The notes: generated from the letters alone by a model not told the origin. DNA of 64,000 nucleotides from Cryomorphaceae bacterium (GCA_016124575.1 WGNM01000005.1:20118-84117), one strand, 5' to 3'; shown: positions 18,282 through 28,213, numbered from the stretch's first letter. Translations and numbers: made by a program.

Positions 18282-19919
18282 ATGCTATCTTCGCAGTCAA
18301 TGAAATACAGTTGGCTGCTTTTCTTGATTCTGGTTTTTACGCGTTGTTCCGACATCCATGATGATTCGGAAAAAGCTGTTTTTACCTACAATGAATCAAA
18401 TGGTATCACTTCGCTCGATCCGGCTTTTACCAGAAATCTGGAAAACATGTGGGCGGTCAATCAGTTGTTCGATGGTTTGGTTGAACTCGATGATGCGCTG
18501 CACATTCAGCCGCTTATCGCTCGCTCTTGGTCGATCTCAGACGATGGTCTGACGTATCTGTTCAATCTGCGGTCGGATGTCTTCTTTCACGATGATGCGT
18601 GCTTTGTAAACGGGGCCGGACGTCGACTTACAGCCCAAGATGTTGATTTTAGTTTCCGCCGTCTGCTCGATGATGGCTTGGCTTCTCCCGGACGTTGGAT
18701 TTTTGATCCTGTGGCAGAAAATGGTTTCGAGGTCGTCAATGATTCTACGTTTCAAATCCACCTGAATAGTCCGTTTCCTCCTTTCTTGGGTATGCTGACT
18801 ACGCAGTACGCGGGCGTGGTTCCGCATGAAGCCATAACCATGTACGGCGACGATTTTCGATCTCACCCTGTGGGCTCTGGTCCGTTCAAATTCGCTTTTT
18901 GGATGGAAGATGTGGCGCTGGTGTTTCACAAAAATCCGAATTTCTGGCAACGCGATGAACATGGCGCGCAACTGCCTTTCCTTGATGCAGTGAAAATTGA
19001 GTTTGTACGCGATATGAATGCGGAGTTTCTGGGCCTCCTGCAAGGACAATTCGATTTCATGTCGGGCATACATGCGGCATACAAAGATGAGCTGCTAACG
19101 CAGGATGGCGAACTTCAACCTGCCTACCAGGAGTTGGTTAATTTCCAACGTTCGCCGTTTATAAAGACTGATTACATTGGTGTGTTGGTCGACGATTCTC
19201 TGCCTTTTTCTGCCAATCATCCGCTAAACGATGTCCGCATTCGCCGTGCCCTCAACATGTCGGTAGATCGTGCGGCAATGGTCCGTTACCTGCGAAACAA
19301 TTCGGTGTACGAAGCGGTAAATGGTTTTGTCCCTCCGGGGATGGCGGGCTTCGAAAATCCTGAGGTGTTGGTAGAATACGATTTAGAATTGGCGCGCCAA
19401 TACATGGCGGATGCAGGGTTTCCAAATGGTGAAGGGCTGCCAGTAATTCCGCTCAGTACGACTTCCGACTATGTCGATATCATCGAATTTCTTCAACATC
19501 AATGGCGAAAAATTGGTATCGAAATCTCGGTGGATGTCCTCGCTGGGCCTGCCCAACGTGAGCAAGTCTCCTCTAGCAATGCTCTGCTCTTTAGAAAGTC
19601 GTGGCTCGCCGATTATGCGGATGCAGAAAACTTTTTAGGGACGTTCATATCCAAGAATTTTTGTCCAAATGGGGCCAATTACACCCACTACGGCAATGCC
19701 AAGTACGATGAACTGTACTCATCCGCCGCTCAGGCGAAAACAGATTCTGCACGTTTTGCGATTTACCGTGAAATGAACGGAATGATCGCCAACGATGTCC
19801 CTGTTATCCCTCTTTTTTACGACCAGGTGTCGCATTTTATTCGAAAAGATGTGTCGGATTTCTCGACGAATGCGATCAATATGCTCGATCTGAAGCGGAC
19901 AAAAAAAGGAGTGAAATAA
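18282..19919 (+). CDS. ABC transporter substrate-binding protein, family 5 (peptide/nickel, OppA/DppA-like), lipoprotein
   Basis: 545 aa with a lipobox-like FTRCSD and SBP_bac_5-type sequence (LDPAF...QLFDGLVELD...L.P.LA.SW). No cognate permease lies in the window. Confidence 0.82.
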   Translation: MLSSQSMKYSWLLFLILVFTRCSDIHDDSEKAVFTYNESNGITSLDPAFTRNLENMWAVNQLFDGLVELDDALHIQPLIARSWSISDDGLTYLFNLRSDVFFHDDACFVNGAGRRLTAQDVDFSFRRLLDDGLASPGRWIFDPVAENGFEVVNDSTFQIHLNSPFPPFLGMLTTQYAGVVPHEAITMYGDDFRSHPVGSGPFKFAFWMEDVALVFHKNPNFWQRDEHGAQLPFLDAVKIEFVRDMNAEFLGLLQGQFDFMSGIHAAYKDELLTQDGELQPAYQELVNFQRSPFIKTDYIGVLVDDSLPFSANHPLNDVRIRRALNMSVDRAAMVRYLRNNSVYEAVNGFVPPGMAGFENPEVLVEYDLELARQYMADAGFPNGEGLPVIPLSTTSDYVDIIEFLQHQWRKIGIEISVDVLAGPAQREQVSSSNALLFRKSWLADYADAENFLGTFISKNFCPNGANYTHYGNAKYDELYSSAAQAKTDSARFAIYREMNGMIANDVPVIPLFYDQVSHFIRKDVSDFSTNAINMLDLKRTKKGVK

Positions 19920-19954
19920 ATAAAACCTGTATTTTCGCCTAACAACTCGTTACG

Positions 19955-20962
19955 ATGCTCAAAATAGACATGCACACGCACATTCTTCCGGCCAACTTGC
20001 CACGCTGGTCGGAGAAATTCGGTTATGGCGACTTCATTCATTTGGAGCACCACCGCCAGGGTTTCGCACGGATGATGCAGGGTGATCGCTTTTTTCGTGA
20101 GATAAACGAAAACTGCTGGCATCCGGAATTGAGAATCGAGGAATATGCGAAATTCGGAACCCAAGTGCAGGTGGTATGCACCATTCCGGTGATGTTCAGC
20201 TACTGGGCTCGTCCGCATGATTGCCTAGAAGTGTCGAAGTTTTTAAACGATGACCTAGCTGAGTTGTGTGTGAAATACCCGAAAAACTACGTTGCGCTGG
20301 CTACGGTGCCTATGCAAGATACCGATCTGGCCATTCAAGAGCTCGAGCGCTGCAAAGCAATCGGATTAAAAGGAATACAAATCGGTAGCAACATCAATGA
20401 TCTGAATCTTTCTGAAGATCGTTTCTTCCCGATTTTTGAGGCTTGCGAAAAGTTGAACCTTGCAGTTATGGTGCACCCTTGGAACATGATGGGGTCAGCA
20501 AATATGACGAAATACTGGCTGCCTTGGCTAGTGGGTATGCCGGCTGAAACATCTCGCGCAGCCTGCTCGTTGATTTTTTCTGGGGTCCTCGAACGCTTGC
20601 CGAAACTGCGGGTGAACCTTTCTCATGCCAGTGGTTCTTTCCTCGCTACAATCGGCAGGGTAGAGCATGGCTTCAATTGCCGTCCCGACCTTGTTGCCAT
20701 CGATAACCCGATCAATCCACGTGATTACCTCGGCCGGTTTTGGGTAGATTCTATTACGCACGATGCGCGGATGTTGGAGTATGTCCTCGAAATGGTGGGC
20801 TCCAAACGTGTGTCGCTAGGTTCCGATTACCCTTTCCCTTTGGGCGACCTCGAAATCGGGAAGTACATCGAAGACATGAACCTTCCTGAAGATACGGTGA
20901 AGGATATTTTCTACCGCTCTACCCTCGAATGGCTCGATATGAAGGAGGAAGACTTCCTGTAA
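19955..20962 (+). CDS. Amidohydrolase-2 family decarboxylase, closely ACMSD-like (2-amino-3-carboxymuconate-6-semialdehyde decarboxylase)
   Basis: 335 aa. The blocks MLKIDMHTHILP, ENCWHPELRI, VPVMFSYWA, VHPWNM, KYWLPWLVGMPAETS and GSDYPFPLGDLE match, from memory, the conserved blocks of animal and bacterial ACMSD. Confidence 0.8.
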   Translation: MLKIDMHTHILPANLPRWSEKFGYGDFIHLEHHRQGFARMMQGDRFFREINENCWHPELRIEEYAKFGTQVQVVCTIPVMFSYWARPHDCLEVSKFLNDDLAELCVKYPKNYVALATVPMQDTDLAIQELERCKAIGLKGIQIGSNINDLNLSEDRFFPIFEACEKLNLAVMVHPWNMMGSANMTKYWLPWLVGMPAETSRAACSLIFSGVLERLPKLRVNLSHASGSFLATIGRVEHGFNCRPDLVAIDNPINPRDYLGRFWVDSITHDARMLEYVLEMVGSKRVSLGSDYPFPLGDLEIGKYIEDMNLPEDTVKDIFYRSTLEWLDMKEEDFL

Positions 20963-21132
20963 ATGGACAGGTATTATTTGTGTCAAGTGGCTGGTTATGA
21001 GTCTGATACTGTGGTAGGCAACCTTGTTTTTTTACAAATTCTGAATGGTAGGAATCTTTTGTTTCTTAAGCCGTTGTTAAACATGCGCTTTGGTGGCAAT
21101 CAATAGTAGTTCTTGCGGGTAACTTGGTTCTT

Positions 21133-22032
21133 ATGCGCATTCTATTGTCATTTTTTGCTCTTGTTTGTTCTGCATTGGCGTTTGCTCAAGAAGGTTTTTT
21201 AACAAAACAAGTTGTTAACCTGGCTGTAGAAAGCTGTTGGGATGGGATATCTGAAAACGGCGAACTGAATGAAGAGTTCAGGTATTTGGATGATGTGGTT
21301 ATTTATGAAATGACTTACTTGTCGCAAAATCATGTCGTTCGGGGATTTATCGTTGAACCCAAAGTGGTAGGGAAATACCCCGTTATTATTTTCAACCGGG
21401 GTGGTAACCGCGATTTTGCTAGCTTAGACGCTGCTACGATGATAAATTATACTTCAAAACTGGCTGCCGCTGGTTTTGTCATCATGGCAAGCAACCTCCG
21501 CAATGCCGATGAATATGGCGGAGAAGAATTGAACGATGTCCTTGCACTGTTTGATTTATCCAATGAAATTGAAAAAGCAGATACTTCGCAAATAGGCATG
21601 TTCGGCTGGTCACGGGGTGGTATGACGTCGTATCAGGCCATGGCGAAAACGAAACGGTTGAAAACAGTGGTGGTAGGCAATGGGGCTACTAACCTTTTTG
21701 ATACGCTGAAAGAACGACCTGGACTTGAGAAAACTGTGTTTAGTCAGTGTATCCCCGATTACGAAAAGGATAAAAAGAAGGCGCTTGAGAAACGGTCAGC
21801 GCTTTTTTGGACATCTTCGCTAAATCAGTCGACAAGCTTGCTAATTCTCGCTGGTGCGAACGATAAACGTGTTGATCACCACCAAGCCATCGAGTTCTCT
21901 GAAAAACTGAAGGAAACAGAAATACGGTTTGAATTGAAAATATTCGAAACAGATCACTTCTTTTCTGATCATAAAGATATTCTACATGATGAACTAATCA
22001 CTTGGTTCAATAATGAACTAAAAACGAAATAG
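21133..22032 (+). CDS. Secreted alpha/beta hydrolase (S9 prolyl-oligopeptidase / dienelactone-hydrolase-like)
   Basis: Signal peptide, nucleophile elbow GWSRGG, later GANDKRV and a C-terminal His region. The ATG at 21133 is preferred to the TTG at 21124. Confidence 0.75.
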   Translation: MRILLSFFALVCSALAFAQEGFLTKQVVNLAVESCWDGISENGELNEEFRYLDDVVIYEMTYLSQNHVVRGFIVEPKVVGKYPVIIFNRGGNRDFASLDAATMINYTSKLAAAGFVIMASNLRNADEYGGEELNDVLALFDLSNEIEKADTSQIGMFGWSRGGMTSYQAMAKTKRLKTVVVGNGATNLFDTLKERPGLEKTVFSQCIPDYEKDKKKALEKRSALFWTSSLNQSTSLLILAGANDKRVDHHQAIEFSEKLKETEIRFELKIFETDHFFSDHKDILHDELITWFNNELKTK

Positions 22033-22181
22033 CTCTTTGGTGTGCAGTCGGCTCCTCTTTTTTGATAAAACACGTGCGCGATTTTTTAAATGTCCATTAA
22101 CGCACGGTCGTTTTTTTGTTCTCTTTCCTTGCGTGCAACCATTTTCGCTACCTTGTAGTCTTATACTCAGATGACGTTCCA

Positions 22182-22745
22182 ATGAACGATTTACGAGAAG
22201 TCATAGAAGGTTGTAAACGCAACAGCGAGAAGTACCAGCACGAGCTGTACAAACGCTACTCACGCATGTTATTCGCGGTGAGTCTGCGCTACACGAACAG
22301 TAAGTTCGACGCTGAAGACGTCCTTCAAGAAGCTTTCGTAAAGATTTTTCAAAACATGCATACCTACTCTCAAGATAAATCGTTTGAGGGTTGGATCAGA
22401 AGGATCGTCATCAATACTGCGATTACCCATTATCGCCGCAACTTGAAACATGCCTACCAAGACGACGTAGACAATATGTTTCAACTGCAGCACAGCGATG
22501 AGCCATTCTCATCAGAATATACTGCAGAAGAGCTGATGAACGCCATCAGCACGCTGCCTGCAGGATACAAAATGGTCTTTAACATGTACGTTGTTGAAGG
22601 CTATAAACACCAAGAAATAGCCGAGAAACTCGGAATAGATATTAATACCTCGAAGTCGCAACTCTCACGTGCGAAGAAGTTTTTACAACGTGAGTTGCTT
22701 GAGATGAGCAAGGTAAATTTGGCAGGATATGACGAAGCACAATGA
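22182..22745 (+). CDS. ECF-type RNA polymerase sigma-70 factor
   Basis: Region 2 (EDVLQEAFVKIF, RIVINTAI) and region 4 (GYKHQEIAEKLGIDINTSKSQLSRAKKFL). Start chosen at MNDLREV. Confidence 0.9.
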   Translation: MNDLREVIEGCKRNSEKYQHELYKRYSRMLFAVSLRYTNSKFDAEDVLQEAFVKIFQNMHTYSQDKSFEGWIRRIVINTAITHYRRNLKHAYQDDVDNMFQLQHSDEPFSSEYTAEELMNAISTLPAGYKMVFNMYVVEGYKHQEIAEKLGIDINTSKSQLSRAKKFLQRELLEMSKVNLAGYDEAQ

Positions 22746-23346
22746 TCCTTTTTTCGAAATGTTCCGTGAAGGGCTGGCCAACCACGAAGTGGCGCCTTCT
22801 GGAGCTAGCTGGGATGCCATCCGATCTCAAACCACTCGCGGTGGTTTCTGGAGATTCGCATGGAATAGTTTGAACATTTTTTATGTGGTTGCAACAGCCG
22901 GTTTGCTGAGCGCAATAGCATTGTCGTCGTTCCAAGGAACGTCGCCCTCAGCCCGTATTCTCCGCGATACCAGCGAGTCAATTGATCTTAATCGCGCAGT
23001 AGCTGAAATGGTTGAGTCAAATGCAACTGAAAATGCTGTGACTACTGCAATGGTTGCATCATCCGCGAAGCGCCGAGCAAGCTCACAAAGACAAGTTCCT
23101 TCAGAGCCCATAATATTTGTGCAAACGCCGAGAGTATTTGTTTCAGCTCCTGTGCTTGAACCTGCAGAGGCAATTGAAGAAGGCATTTTAGCTGAAACAG
23201 CAACGCCTGAAGAAGTGTACATTCCTGTTTTCAACCCGCTCCAAGAGGTAAACGCAGACTTGAGTAATTTGAAGGATGCGCTGAAAGCCGATGGCGACAA
23301 GATGTATTTGAAAATCCCTGTGAAAGTGACGGTGGAAGATAAATGA
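22729..23346 (+). CDS. Putative anti-sigma factor / single-pass membrane protein
   Basis: It overlaps the ECF sigma gene by 17 nt. It has a short cytoplasmic N-terminus, one TM (IFYVVATAGLLSAIALSSF) and a low-complexity exterior. The call rests on position and architecture only. Confidence 0.55.
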   Translation: MTKHNDPFFEMFREGLANHEVAPSGASWDAIRSQTTRGGFWRFAWNSLNIFYVVATAGLLSAIALSSFQGTSPSARILRDTSESIDLNRAVAEMVESNATENAVTTAMVASSAKRRASSQRQVPSEPIIFVQTPRVFVSAPVLEPAEAIEEGILAETATPEEVYIPVFNPLQEVNADLSNLKDALKADGDKMYLKIPVKVTVEDK

Positions 23347-23383
23347 TAAAACTTATCTTCGGCCTTCCAGAGCCTTTCTAAGA

Positions 23384-24325
23384 GTGAGTCCAAACAACAC
23401 TGCATATATAAAAAGGAGCGCCTATCTGGGCTGGCTCCTTTTCTTTTTGATGCCGCTCGCTGCGCTGGCAAACACTGCCGTGCGCGATACGATCATCATC
23501 GATGGGAAATTGCTGATAGTAGAGCAGGAGGTAACCTACGATACCCTCCAACATCCAACTCCCGAAAAACCCAAAAAACGCAACTACGGAAATTGGCGCT
23601 TCGGCTGGCAGTTTGAAGGCGGCTCTGCTATGTCGAACCTGCAATTCGACTTCGATGGCTATGAATCTGTGAATGAATTCTCAGGAAATCCGACGCGATT
23701 CGGACCTGCAGCGGGTTTTTCAGTGCTTGCTGAGAAAAAACTGAGAAAGGGGTGGACCGTCAATGCTGCTACCGGTGTCGATCGCTGGTCGGCGCCAATT
23801 CGGACTTTTGATACCAACCAACTCGATGATAGTCTGTTTCGCTTTTATTCCCCAGAAAAAGGCCGCATCGATCAAATTACCTTGTACCGCTATGAGTTGG
23901 GCGAGGAATATGATACCCTGCAATTGAAGTTGTCTGAAAGTGCAGTAAACATCAATTTCTTTCACTTTCGCCTTCAAGCAGGTAAAGAGGTTCTTCTTCA
24001 AAAAGATCGGACTTTCCGCGTAGCTGCAGGCGCTGAGTTCTTGCTGGCGCTCTCGTCGAACAAGCCAGATATGATTTTTATTCCGAATCAAGGGTCCCAA
24101 ATTTTGTGGTATCAGGCTGAAAATACCTACGCCATCAAAAAATCTTTGGTCGTTCCTCGCCTCGAAATTGGCTACCGCCTGCGGATCGATAAATCCCTCT
24201 GGTTCGATGTCGGCCTCTTTTCGAAGCTGCTCATCCATCCCTTTGAACAAAATGAAATCCCAATTTCTCTCCAAGGTTCAACTTTTGGTGTCAGCCTCGC
24301 CGTGCTGCTGTACACCAATAAATAG
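23384..24325 (+). CDS. Hypothetical secreted protein, possibly an outer-membrane beta-barrel
   Basis: Signal peptide (LGWLLFFLMPLAALANTAV), alternating-hydrophobic strands and an aromatic-rich C-terminus. It is the third gene of the ECF module. Confidence 0.45.
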   Translation: MSPNNTAYIKRSAYLGWLLFFLMPLAALANTAVRDTIIIDGKLLIVEQEVTYDTLQHPTPEKPKKRNYGNWRFGWQFEGGSAMSNLQFDFDGYESVNEFSGNPTRFGPAAGFSVLAEKKLRKGWTVNAATGVDRWSAPIRTFDTNQLDDSLFRFYSPEKGRIDQITLYRYELGEEYDTLQLKLSESAVNINFFHFRLQAGKEVLLQKDRTFRVAAGAEFLLALSSNKPDMIFIPNQGSQILWYQAENTYAIKKSLVVPRLEIGYRLRIDKSLWFDVGLFSKLLIHPFEQNEIPISLQGSTFGVSLAVLLYTNK

Positions 24326-24336
24326 ACATCGCCCAC

Positions 24337-24448
24337 AGGCTGATGCAAGCGTCATCATGCGTAGGTTGATGCATGCGTCGTCATACGTAGGCTGAGGCAC
24401 GCGCCGGCTGAGGTTCTCGAAGCCGAAGCCGAAGCCGAAGCCGAAGCC
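24337..24448. repeat. Degenerate 26-bp tandem repeat running into (GAAGCC)x5, followed by T9
   Basis: AGGCTGATGCAAGCGTCATCATGCGT / AGGTTGATGCATGCGTCGTCATACGT / AGGCTGAGGCACGCGCCGG..., then GAAGCC five times (24419-24448), then TCC plus nine T. Confidence 0.85.
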
Positions 24449-24768
24449 TCCTTTTTTTTTACTTCCACACAACATTTTCATAACAATCAACATTATTATA
24501 TCAGAGAGTTTAGTCCCATTCTGCCAGAGTAACCCTGCAAGGTACCCGGATAGAATTACACTAAAGTTGTTTTGGTTAAGGTGAAAAAGGGTTCAACGGA
24601 GCCCTTTTTCTATGCACTAAACTTTCCAATAGCTGCAGGTTTTGTAGTGAATAAGTTGGTGTTTTTGTGCGTGTTTTGTTTTGAAATTCAAGGAAAATTC
24701 GTTACTTTACGGTGTTGTATGGAGGGCTGTTAAATCCTTCTGTGTTGCTAACCCAAAGTTGAACTTTC

Positions 24769-25806
24769 ATGCGTATCTTCCTCATAATTATTAGCATTTT
24801 CGTTCTCAACTCATATGCAGTTTCGCAAATTGTTAACGGTGGATTCGAAGCAAATTCGGGCATGCCGTCAACACTAGGTGAATGGACTTTGGTGAACGGG
24901 TGGGACAACGCTCAGAGTGCCACAGCATCTCCCGATTATTTTCATATCAATGGTTCTCTAGGTGGTGATCTGCCTGAAACCCCAATCGCAGTAGTCGTCC
25001 CTTTTGAAGGCAATGCAGTAATGGGATTCATTGCAGCAGGTGCGGAAGGGACGAACAAACGTGAATACCTCGTTAACCGCCTCGATGCTCCGCTAACCGT
25101 GGGCATGAAGTACATGGTGAGCTTCTACATCACCAATGGTGTTATAACAAACAATTCCCAAGGTGGACTGGCAACTAGCCACATCGGTGTGTGCTTCTCA
25201 ACAGGAGCGAGCTCACAAACCGATATGACACCACTCATCGTAGAACCTGAATTCTATAAAAGCACACCCGTGTACTCCCGCGAATGGATCGAAATGCGTT
25301 TCAACTTCACCGCCACAGAACCGTTCGAATACATGACCATTGGGGTGTTTAGAAACGATGCAGACATCTCGGTGGTCTACAAAGAAGGCAATAGTCCGCA
25401 AGTGGCCTACTACTTTGTTGATGATTTTCAAATGGAAGAACAACTGCAAGGTATTACCGATGGAAACGACAATGTAAAAGGTGATGATGAGGCAGTTGAC
25501 GAGCCAATGACCGTGGCACCAGGTCTATTTGTGCCGAACGCTTTTACACCAAATGGTGATGGCGAAAACGACATCTTCGTCCCTGTGTTGCCAGAAGTAA
25601 GCAAATTCAAAATGTCGATCTTCTCTCGTTGGGGAGATTTGGTGTATACGACGACTGTGCGAGATGCAGGGTGGTGCGGACATTCAATCTCAGGTGAGTT
25701 GCTGGATGTTGATGTCTACGTGTGGGAAATACAATACGAACTGGCCGAGGATCCCGATGATAAAGGAACGCAAACCTTACGCGGCACTGTTAACCTGATT
25801 CGCTAA
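24769..25806 (+). CDS. T9SS type-B C-terminal-domain protein (gliding-motility-associated CTD) with an N-terminal CBM-like module
   Basis: Signal peptide, an IVNGGFE motif, and the C-terminal FVPNAFTPNGDGENDIFVP ... RWGDLVY ... GVYVWEI signature. Confidence 0.85.
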   Translation: MRIFLIIISIFVLNSYAVSQIVNGGFEANSGMPSTLGEWTLVNGWDNAQSATASPDYFHINGSLGGDLPETPIAVVVPFEGNAVMGFIAAGAEGTNKREYLVNRLDAPLTVGMKYMVSFYITNGVITNNSQGGLATSHIGVCFSTGASSQTDMTPLIVEPEFYKSTPVYSREWIEMRFNFTATEPFEYMTIGVFRNDADISVVYKEGNSPQVAYYFVDDFQMEEQLQGITDGNDNVKGDDEAVDEPMTVAPGLFVPNAFTPNGDGENDIFVPVLPEVSKFKMSIFSRWGDLVYTTTVRDAGWCGHSISGELLDVDVYVWEIQYELAEDPDDKGTQTLRGTVNLIR

Positions 25807-25828
25807 AAAAGCACCTTATCTTTGCACC

Positions 25829-27373
25829 ATGCGTGCATCCCATCTTAGCTATTCGCAACATCAATTGTTACCCGATATCGTTGGGCGACACCTGGCTCAA
25901 ACCAACACGTGGTCGAAAGCAGTTGCATTTCCAACCACAGAAATCGTTGAAAAAAGAAACGTCAGCTCCAACATCCGCGATGTACTCGCGAATACCCTGC
26001 TGAATCAATACGGAAACCGCGCTGTTGGCAGCGTGCGTGAGAATATTGATGCGCTGAAAGAGGACAATACGCTCACTGTAACAACCGGACATCAGCTCAA
26101 TATCTTTACAGGGCCGGCTTTTTTCATCTACAAAATCAGTCATACCATCCGTCTCGCAGAAGCGCTGGCGAAGAAATATCCCGAAAAACGGTTCGTACCT
26201 GTTTATTGGATGGCAACCGAAGATCATGATTTTGAAGAGATCAACCATGTGCACGCCTACCGCGAAAAACTGGTGTGGGATGCCCCGTCAGGCGGACCCG
26301 TCGGTAGGATGAAGACAACTGGTTTGAGCGCCCTTGCCGAAGAATTCATTGCCCTCATCAAACCCGATGAGCGTGTGGCTGAAATGCTCAGAGAATATGC
26401 GAAACAAGGCGATTTAGCGTCCGCTACACGGTACTTGGTGCATGAACTGTTTGGTGAGTACGGACTGGTTGTGCTAGATGCTGATGCGCCCGAATTGAAG
26501 ACGTTTTTTGCCGATGAAATGGTGAACGATATCGTGCATGGCAGCGCCATGGATGTGGTAGCAGCCTTAAATGGTGAGATCACTGCAGCCGGATTGTCGG
26601 TGCAAGTCAACCCCCGCAGGGTGAATTTGTTCTATTTGTCTGACGGATTGCGTTTGCGTATCGATCGAGAAGGGGAGAAGCTCGTGGCTGGAAATTACCG
26701 GTGGACGGTGGAGGAAATCGCGGAAGAGATAAAACGAAGTCCCGAAAAATTCAGTCCGAACGTGATACTTCGTCCGCTCTACCAAGAAACACTACTTCCA
26801 AATGTCGCGGTCATTGGCGGACCCGGTGAGGTATCTTACTGGCTGCAGCTCGAAACCTTGTTCGCTGCGCGCAACATCGCATACCCCGCCATTGTGATGC
26901 GTGCAGGAGGCGTGTACATTCCTGCCAACCTCGCGGCCAAGATGGAAAAACTGAAACTTACTGTTGAAGATTTTTTACAACAGCCCGACGACATCATCCG
27001 CGCCTGGCTCATGCACAACGCCGCCCAATCTGTAACCTTCGATGCCGAAATTGCTCAGCTAACATTGCTTGCCGACACATTGAAAGAGCAAGTCATAAAC
27101 ATCGATAAAAGTCTAACGGGCAAAGCAGAAGCCATGAAAACAAAGTGGCTCACCGAACTCGATAACCTATCGAAAGCAGCAGTTAAAGCCGTAAAGCAAA
27201 GCGAAGAAGTCTCGGTAAACCAAATCCGACAAATACACGAAACCCTTTTCCCCGCAAACGCCCCGCAAGAGCGCAGTCGCAACATCTTCGCCCTCAACCC
27301 CGCCATCATCACCTTCTTCTTGCAACACATAAACGTCGAAACACCCAATTTGGTGGTGATGCATGAAGAGTGA
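25829..27373 (+). CDS. bshC: Bacillithiol biosynthesis cysteine-adding enzyme
   Basis: 514 aa. TTGHQLNIFTGPAFFIYKI ... VPVYWMATEDHDFEEINH matches the BshC/YllA signature (GQQ..L.TGP.Y...K; FW.A.EDHD..EIN). Confidence 0.85.
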   Translation: MRASHLSYSQHQLLPDIVGRHLAQTNTWSKAVAFPTTEIVEKRNVSSNIRDVLANTLLNQYGNRAVGSVRENIDALKEDNTLTVTTGHQLNIFTGPAFFIYKISHTIRLAEALAKKYPEKRFVPVYWMATEDHDFEEINHVHAYREKLVWDAPSGGPVGRMKTTGLSALAEEFIALIKPDERVAEMLREYAKQGDLASATRYLVHELFGEYGLVVLDADAPELKTFFADEMVNDIVHGSAMDVVAALNGEITAAGLSVQVNPRRVNLFYLSDGLRLRIDREGEKLVAGNYRWTVEEIAEEIKRSPEKFSPNVILRPLYQETLLPNVAVIGGPGEVSYWLQLETLFAARNIAYPAIVMRAGGVYIPANLAAKMEKLKLTVEDFLQQPDDIIRAWLMHNAAQSVTFDAEIAQLTLLADTLKEQVINIDKSLTGKAEAMKTKWLTELDNLSKAAVKAVKQSEEVSVNQIRQIHETLFPANAPQERSRNIFALNPAIITFFLQHINVETPNLVVMHEE

Positions 27374-27525
27374 GGGGGTTTTTATTTATATCTAGATTGT
27401 AAGCATCCAAGAATAAGTGAAATAGGTGTGGTTGGGGTTGTGTGTGCTTCGGTTTGCTTAAAAGATATTAGCATCCATCAGCGCACCCTAATATCGCACA
27501 TACTAATTTTATAGTGATGCGTTAT

Positions 27526-27543
27526 TGGTGTATATTTACACCA
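27526..27543. promoter_or_regulatory. Inverted repeat, candidate ParD operator
   Basis: TGGTGTA-tatt-TACACCA, ending 15 nt upstream of the parD ATG. Confidence 0.4.
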
Positions 27544-27557
27544 CAACACAAAACATC

Positions 27558-27797
27558 ATGAGAAGACAAAGTATTTCCTTTACTGAGCCAAATGATGAAT
27601 GGCTTAAAAGTCAAGTTGACAGTAAAGAATATTCAAGCAAGAGTGAATTAGTTAATGATTTAATTCGTCAGGCAAGAAGTCAACAAAAGCAAATTGATTT
27701 AATTCGATTGAAGTTAGATAAGGCTGAAAAATCGGGATTTACAACTGAATCCAAATCAGAAATTTTGAAGCAATCTAAAAGTATGCTTGATGAGTAA
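27558..27797 (+). CDS. parD: Type II antitoxin, ParD/CopG ribbon-helix-helix family
   Basis: MRRQSISFTEPNDEWLKSQVDSKEYSSKSELVNDLIRQA is a typical ParD (COG3609) N-terminus. It overlaps the toxin gene by 8 nt. Confidence 0.85.
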   Translation: MRRQSISFTEPNDEWLKSQVDSKEYSSKSELVNDLIRQARSQQKQIDLIRLKLDKAEKSGFTTESKSEILKQSKSMLDE

Positions 27798-28077
27798 ATA
27801 CAAATTAAGCACTGTTGCAAAGGAAGATTTGATCCGAATTCATCATTATGGCGTCAGGCAATTTGGAATGAAACAAGCAGACAGATACTTTGAGTCTTTC
27901 TTTGTCCACTTTGAACTTATTGCAAAGAATCCACAATCATTCGAATCTGTTGATTACATTAAACCAGGATATCGACGTTGTGTTTGTGGTGTAGATAGTA
28001 TATTTTTCAAAATGAATAAAGATGTAGTGGAAATAATGACGATTATTGGGAGACAAGATCTTAATCAATTGTTATGA
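27790..28077 (+). CDS. parE: Type II toxin, ParE family
   Basis: YKLSTVAKEDLIRIHHYGVRQFGMKQADRYFESFF..IAKNP ... GYRRCVCGVDSIFFKM..DVVEIMTIIGRQD follows the ParE pattern. Confidence 0.85.
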   Translation: MSKYKLSTVAKEDLIRIHHYGVRQFGMKQADRYFESFFVHFELIAKNPQSFESVDYIKPGYRRCVCGVDSIFFKMNKDVVEIMTIIGRQDLNQLL

Positions 28078-28213
28078 AAATTTATGGAGGCTAACCCCGA
28101 TAGAACTGCTGGCTGCTCCCCTTACTTCGAAAACGGATTTGATGAAAGAGAATAGTTTAACCCCGAATTTGGGTTTACATTAAAAAGTTCGTCACACCGC
28201 CATTCCCGAAACC

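Noticed and set aside
24337-24448. A possible CRISPR array.
   Set aside because: The units are contiguous and degenerate with no unique spacers, only two or three units occur, and no cas genes are in the window.
24278-24493. Minus-strand ORF encoding ...KKKGGFGFGFGFGFEN...
   Set aside because: The GF repeat is just the translation of the (GAAGCC)5 microsatellite. There is no start context or other coding evidence.
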